Assembly (NCBI RefSeq): GCF_001194135.2
Contig: NC_068987.1
Coordinates: 106,368,376-106,411,279 of the forward strand
Origin: Octopus bimaculoides
Taxonomy: Eukaryota
Direction of reading: 5' to 3'
DNA: 42,904 nucleotides
Numbering within the stretch: position 1 is the first letter of the stretch; the number at the start of each line of letters is the position of its first letter. Both the position numbers and the translations under genes were made by a program. The notes below the pieces were generated by a model that was given only the letters and a program-made list of their open reading frames with translations, was not told where the DNA came from and ran no database searches. This document shows positions 37,554-42,904 of this stretch, piece after piece.

Positions 37554-37915
37554 TCCTTCTTTCTTTCTTTCTTCAAGAGAGTAAAGAAAGAAGGAGCAAC
37601 ACAGAGGAGAAGAAGAGGGTGATCAGAATACTTTCATGTAATAATTTCCTTCAAAATTGAATAAAATGTCTTATGAATGAATTTATTCTCTCTTAAGATT
37701 TTAATATGATTTTAACAAATTGAAAACTCACTTTACAAACCAACTGAAATTCTAGGAAATATGAAAATATGAAATATGGGATATGAGACACGAAATAAGA
37801 GACTATATTCTAGGAAATTTATTATTAATATAATATTATTGCAGGTGTTGTTATTATTATTGTTGTTATCATCATCATCATCATCATCATCTTATTATTA
37901 CTATTATTATTATCA

Positions 37916-37975
<60 letters not shown>
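36977..37975. repeat. (GT)n at 36977-37070, (TTTC)n at ~37490-37572, (ATC)/(ATT)n at ~37850-37975
   Basis: Seen directly. Confidence 0.9.
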
Positions 37976-37978
<3 letters not shown>

Positions 37979-38858
37979 ATACCGACAACTCTTGACTAAG
38001 TCAAATGTGCTGGTCTGATATCTTTAAATTCGGGAGAAACATTTTACAGCTTAGTAGATAATGTTGGCTTTTCTCAACCAAAATCATATCGGTTCAATTC
38101 CTTGTAATAAATCATTTCTAGAAGAAAGATTGTTGGTGAAATAGGACATTTTAATAATGGTCATGTATGTATTGCTAAATATTATTTCATGACTGTATAA
38201 AATATTTTCACATTTTACTAAATCCTGTGTGATATTTGTTATATCTCAAGATATACAAACATGAACCTGGGGTGTTGGGAACTTATACAGATATATTAAA
38301 TCGTAAAATGCAAGTTCCAAGGTCATAGAAATGGAGTTCTACGATACCTTCTCATTACACTTTGATGTTTCTCTTTATGTCAAATAGGTTTTGATTCGTT
38401 ACAGTTTCTGTAATCAACTCTATTTTTACAGGGGTAGATGAATAGTCTTCTACCAATCCTGGAGGATCGAGTCTGAGCCATTTATTACCTCTTTAGTTTA
38501 GCTAGCGTCCAACCTCTAGCGAGTAGACTACCTGTTCGCTTCCGTGGGGTAGTCCTTCCGTCAGCTCAGTTGAATGGTACCTTTGTGGCATGATTGGACC
38601 TGCAAAGGCATACGCCTCGCTGCCATTGCTACCGAACAACCATTGCCACTGTTACACCCCTATGTGGTACTGCAGTAGGTTTCCACTAAATCTTGCCTGA
38701 AACGGTGTTCATAGACCTTGCATGTATAAATGTACACGAAAATGATGCAGATATTCAAATGCAGCCGCTGAGCTAATGCAGATTTTTAGAAAAGAAAAAA
38801 TAAATGTATGGTACTAATAAATGACGTCAGACAACAATCTCATGAGAGAATCAGCAGC

Positions 38859-39175
38859 AACGAGATGGAAGACATCGAAGAATTTGTTTACTTCGGTACG
38901 ACAGTCAAGAAAGACGAAAGGGAAACAGAAGACATAACGAACAGAATATCCCAAGACCGGAGAGAGAGCATTCTACCACCGACCAATATTACTCTACTGA
39001 TGCGAAAACTGGAAATTGACAAAAATGGAATATAAAGGCAATGTACTATTGCCAATTCACATACTTAAGGAGAATTCTCAACACCAAGTGGCTGCAAAGG
39101 GTCCGAAACGACACAAGTGAAATAACGAGCATCAACAGGATCAGTGACAAAAGAAGGGTGGAGAAACTGGAATGA
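38859..39175 (+). mobile_element. RTE-clade LINE fragment (RT thumb and downstream region), decayed
   Basis: NEMEDIEEFVYFGTTVKKDERETEDITNRISQ (E.VE.F.YLGS.+..DG...DI..RI motif) and LRRILNTKWLQRVRND...RWRNW. Confidence 0.7.
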
Positions 39176-40293
39176 GACCAATAAAACGGAAGGAGAACGG
39201 GCACGAAGAAAGCTAACTTTCGGTAAACTCCAAAACAGATTCAATTAAAGTACCTTCACTCGTTCTGTGCGCAGTCTGAATACTATGACAAAGTTTCCTC
39301 TGATTTCATTACTTGAATGTTTAACAGCCTGTCCTTTCACAAAAGTACGTATTTAGATATATTTCATTAACTCAGCTCCATTAACATGAGGTAAACGTAA
39401 CTGTCATCATAAAATTTATTTGCCAGCACAACTGTAAAAGAATATAGTAGATATATTATACGGATATAAAGATACATGAAGATTTCAATAAGGAAACATT
39501 TCACAGTGTATTCACGTTTCCGACAATTCTTCTACACGATATTCTGAAACTTCACGATTTTTATCTTATTTGTTGACACACATATAATGGCTGATTTTAT
39601 ATCAAACATCTATTTTTCTATTACTGCTTTGTTGACAATATCAAACCTGAAATAATGTTGAACAATGACAACAAACAAATTATATTAACGCTATTGGTCT
39701 TCAGACAGATATACACCGATATATCATGTTCAAAATGGTGTTCATACGTCTTGTATGTGAAAATATACACCAAACTGGATAGTCAAATACGACAGCTGAA
39801 TTAATGCTGTTTTTCTAATCGTCCGAGATTTTGCACTCCACTATAATTTGGGATGTTACAGAAATTTATACCGCGCGCCAACTATTAAATCATGTCAGTG
39901 TAACCAAAATGATCGACTGCAATCTACTGTCAGACCAAGATACGCATTCGTGTTGGTTACTCCTTGTAATCCTTAATGTTCGTTGAGTTACAGGCCAATC
40001 GTGACGAAAGGTATGTAACATCATATTTCGTAAAATGAGATATGAGATTCCAATTCTCGTATTCATTTTTACCCCCACCACACATACACCCCCACATACG
40101 CACACAAATAAATATTCTGCAAATAATAATAATATTTATAAACCATCACCATGTATGGACCACAAAAAATAGTCTAATTTTAGGGCATATAGGCTATATT
40201 CCTAAGACTGGACTATTCCCCAAGAAAAATGTACACAGTTTTCATAGCTTTAATATGTTTTCAAATATATTTTATAACTGAAAGCATATTGTT

Positions 40294-40326
40294 TGTCGAC
40301 TAGTTTCGCTTTCGCTAATCATAACA
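40294..40326 (-). ncRNA. Minimal type I hammerhead ribozyme, A3-U8 core variant
   Basis: tgtt-ATGATTA-gc[gaaa]gc-GAAAC-ta-GTC-gaca. 4-bp stem I, 2-bp stem II with GNRA loop, palindromic stem III (ACTAGT), GUC triplet. Confidence 0.75.
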
Positions 40327-40593
40327 TTGAAATTATTGTAATTTTGTAGTTCCTTAAGAAAATTTTAGTCCATGTTCTGTATGGGGTTTCATGAATGAAA
40401 TGAATGAGGCAGAAAAAATATAAGGGGAGGTAATTGGTGATCATGATTATGCGAGACAGGGGAGGTAATTCCTCATTTTTGGGGAGGTGGTGAATAAATA
40501 TACAATAACTCAAAAGTTAGATTATTGTGGTGAAATATTTACAGTGATGTCTATGTGAACACGAATTAAAATATATACTGAGATCAAAATTGG

Positions 40594-40776
40594 CTATGCG
40601 CTCCTATTTAGGCGTGTTCTGTATTTTTCGATAAATAATATTTCTTTATTTGAACGTTCTTGTACAAAAATTGTTTCTTTGGACGGATAGACGGGGAAAA
40701 CTGTAAAGTTTGGTTGGATATTCCCTGCATATCTCTCTATGTGTTCACTCAAAGAAATCTGTCTGCCCTGCGGCAA
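40594..40776 (-). pseudogene. C-terminal fragment of a Penelope-type GIY-YIG endonuclease
   Basis: RQISLSEHIERYAGNIQPNFTVFPVY...QERSNKEILFIEKYRTRLN*, matching the remembered PLE ending RQ..+SEH+..C...F.+FP.Y...R..KE..FI.K+K..LN. N-terminal GIY-YIG motifs are absent. Confidence 0.7.
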
Positions 40777-41003
40777 ACGGACCTTTTCTTTATGTAGTAA
40801 ATATTTCGTCTCAATACTTAAGCATTTGAGTTTTTGTATATTTATTTATCTCCTCCCTCAAAAATGAGCAACTAACTCCCGTGTCCCGAATAATAACGGT
40901 CACCAATTATCTCCGCTATTATTTTCATAACTGTTGATTCATTTTATTCACAAACCCCGTACTCAAATCTTCTTAAGAAAATACGAAATTACAATAATTT
41001 CAA

Positions 41004-41036
41004 TGTCATGATTAACGAAACAGAAACCGGTCGAGA
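41004..41036 (+). ncRNA. Second A3-U8 hammerhead copy, stem II decayed
   Basis: tgtc-ATGATTA-ac[gaaa]ca-GAAAC-cg-GTC-gaga; stem III palindrome ACCGGT. Confidence 0.55.
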
Positions 41037-42239
41037 AACCATATATTTCACTTATAAAACATATTAAAATTATATCAAAAACATGTAAACTGTGTACATT
41101 TTCCTTCCTTTATTTTATATATATATATATATATATAACTTTGAATGAAGCTATACAAAGATCTGCACAAGTAATGATGACGGTCAACATGTTTATCACT
41201 ACCTAATTTCTCGTACGTGTGTCACTAATTCTAGAAATGGGCATAATTCATATGACTCAGACATTATAAATCCATTCTCATTATAATGTAAGAAAGAAGA
41301 AGCAAAACGTCAGATATTGTTTTCTTCTTGCCAAGTACAAATAGGAGGTATGCAGTTAGAGAATATTTAAACCGTTTCCCGGTCAGCCCTGCGGCTAAAG
41401 AACAAGATTTCGAATAATATAAATTGATAAAATTAGTGTACCACAGCATTGGAATGTTAATGACTGGAAACTGTTTTTAAAATGTAATAAATTAATTTAT
41501 CCCGAGGAGATTTCAGACACTGTAGTTTGTCAAAGTACGATATATTTCTGTAAAAAAAAAAAAAATAAATAAAATGTATTCGCTGAGAAAATGTCCTGTT
41601 GCAAATGGTGAACTTTATACTTTCTCACACCAAAGCAATTTATTCCATTTTCACATGTATATATTCTGAAAACGTATGTTCATGAGGAGAAAATAACCAA
41701 TGATACCAATTAAAAGGCCAACAATACACCAAATCAAATCTGCATATATTTATGACATTAGAAATAGTATAACAAACACACCCACACTCTGTCATTTCCT
41801 ACACATATGACTCGGTATTCTGGAATGTGCAAATGAACACATTCGTTAATTTGTGAGTGTGTTTGTGTGTTAATATATACACATACACACGTAAACATAA
41901 ACAAATGCTTATCTATAAAGAATGAAATAAGTGCAGAGGCACACATACTTTCGCTTACAAAATAATAGAAATCTATGCATGGGTTGGATTGTTTGAGTAT
42001 TATATATTATGTATGTATTGCGATGCGTACATGAGTATATGCAAACTTGTGACCATACAGAAATTGATTGACTCACACAAATATTCATTCAATCAATTTA
42101 CATGAAATATTTCTATGTATTTATGAGTAAGTGTCAAGCTGTCTGTCAATTTTCTCGTCTAAATATAAACGTGTATACGTAGGCTAGAGATGCAAAGGTA
42201 AATATTGGTGTAGATATATGAATATATGTACGTGCTGTC

Positions 42240-42441
42240 ACATACATATATATACGTATACCAATATATATATATATATATTTATATATGTGTGTGTTTG
42301 TGCATATATTTACAAGGAAATATACATACAGGCATACACACACATGCACACGTTAATATATTTATATACATACATATAGATAGATGTGTATATATATATA
42401 TATATGTACGTATATATATATGTATATATATATAGTATATG

Positions 42442-42537
<96 letters not shown>

Positions 42538-42864
42538 CATCTATATAAATGCATAGTCGTATGAATGACGTCATCAGTATAAATGTTTGGAGGGACAGTT
42601 GTCTGTTGTCAATAGCAATGGAACGCGTATCCCTCTGCTTTTCTCTCGTTTTTTCTTTTAATTCTATCTCCATCCTACGTGTCTTTCACTTTCTTGTTCC
42701 TAACCAACAAATACTCAAGTGTACTATTGTAGAAACATATTTGCAGATAATAAACAATATATGCATAAGAGAACGCGTTATATTTAGACACATGTATGGT
42801 TATACGCATACACACGCACACATACACACATATACACATATGCATATTCATATATATATGCATA

Positions 42865-42904
<40 letters not shown>
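42240..42904. repeat. (TA)n/(CA)n microsatellite mosaics (~42240-42545 and ~42820-42904)
   Basis: Seen directly. Confidence 0.95.

Larger units (their letters stand above)
40222..41106. mobile_element. Penelope-like element remnant with inverted 3'UTR/pLTR arms (40222-40542 and 40797-41106)
   Basis: Arms are diverged reverse complements over ~310-320 bp (for example acattgaaattattgtaatt and aaaatgtacacagttt). The 254-bp spacer encodes an endonuclease C-terminus; each arm has an HHR motif. Confidence 0.8.

Noticed and set aside
38440-38720. GC-richer stretch upstream of the RTE fragment as a 5'UTR with an HDV-like ribozyme
   Set aside because: The nested double pseudoknot could not be built by eye; needs a descriptor search.

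Overview
AT-rich, microsatellite-saturated eukaryotic DNA with six N gaps. The SINE families and the (TA)n/(CA)n/(AAT)n landscape look like an Octopus (coleoid cephalopod) genome; this is inference from remembered repeat consensus sequences, not a search. No intact protein-coding gene, rRNA, true tRNA gene or CRISPR array is supportable. The window holds more than 15 copies of four tRNA-derived SINE families, decayed non-LTR retrotransposons (restriction-like-endonuclease R4/Dong-type, RTE-type, Penelope-like), and a few well-formed + strand splice-signal sets that may belong to an unidentified gene. The most notable features are three long inverted-repeat structures (3065-3784, 23162-23881, 40222-41106). 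Two of them carry minimal type I hammerhead ribozyme (HHR) motifs about 74-76 nt from each outer end. One (40222-41106) encloses a Penelope-type GIY-YIG C-terminus, and both of its HHR copies have the core ATGATTA, an apparent A3-U8 compensatory replacement of the C3-G8 pair. The other (23162-23881) contains a 192-nt tandem HHR unit resembling a retrozyme.
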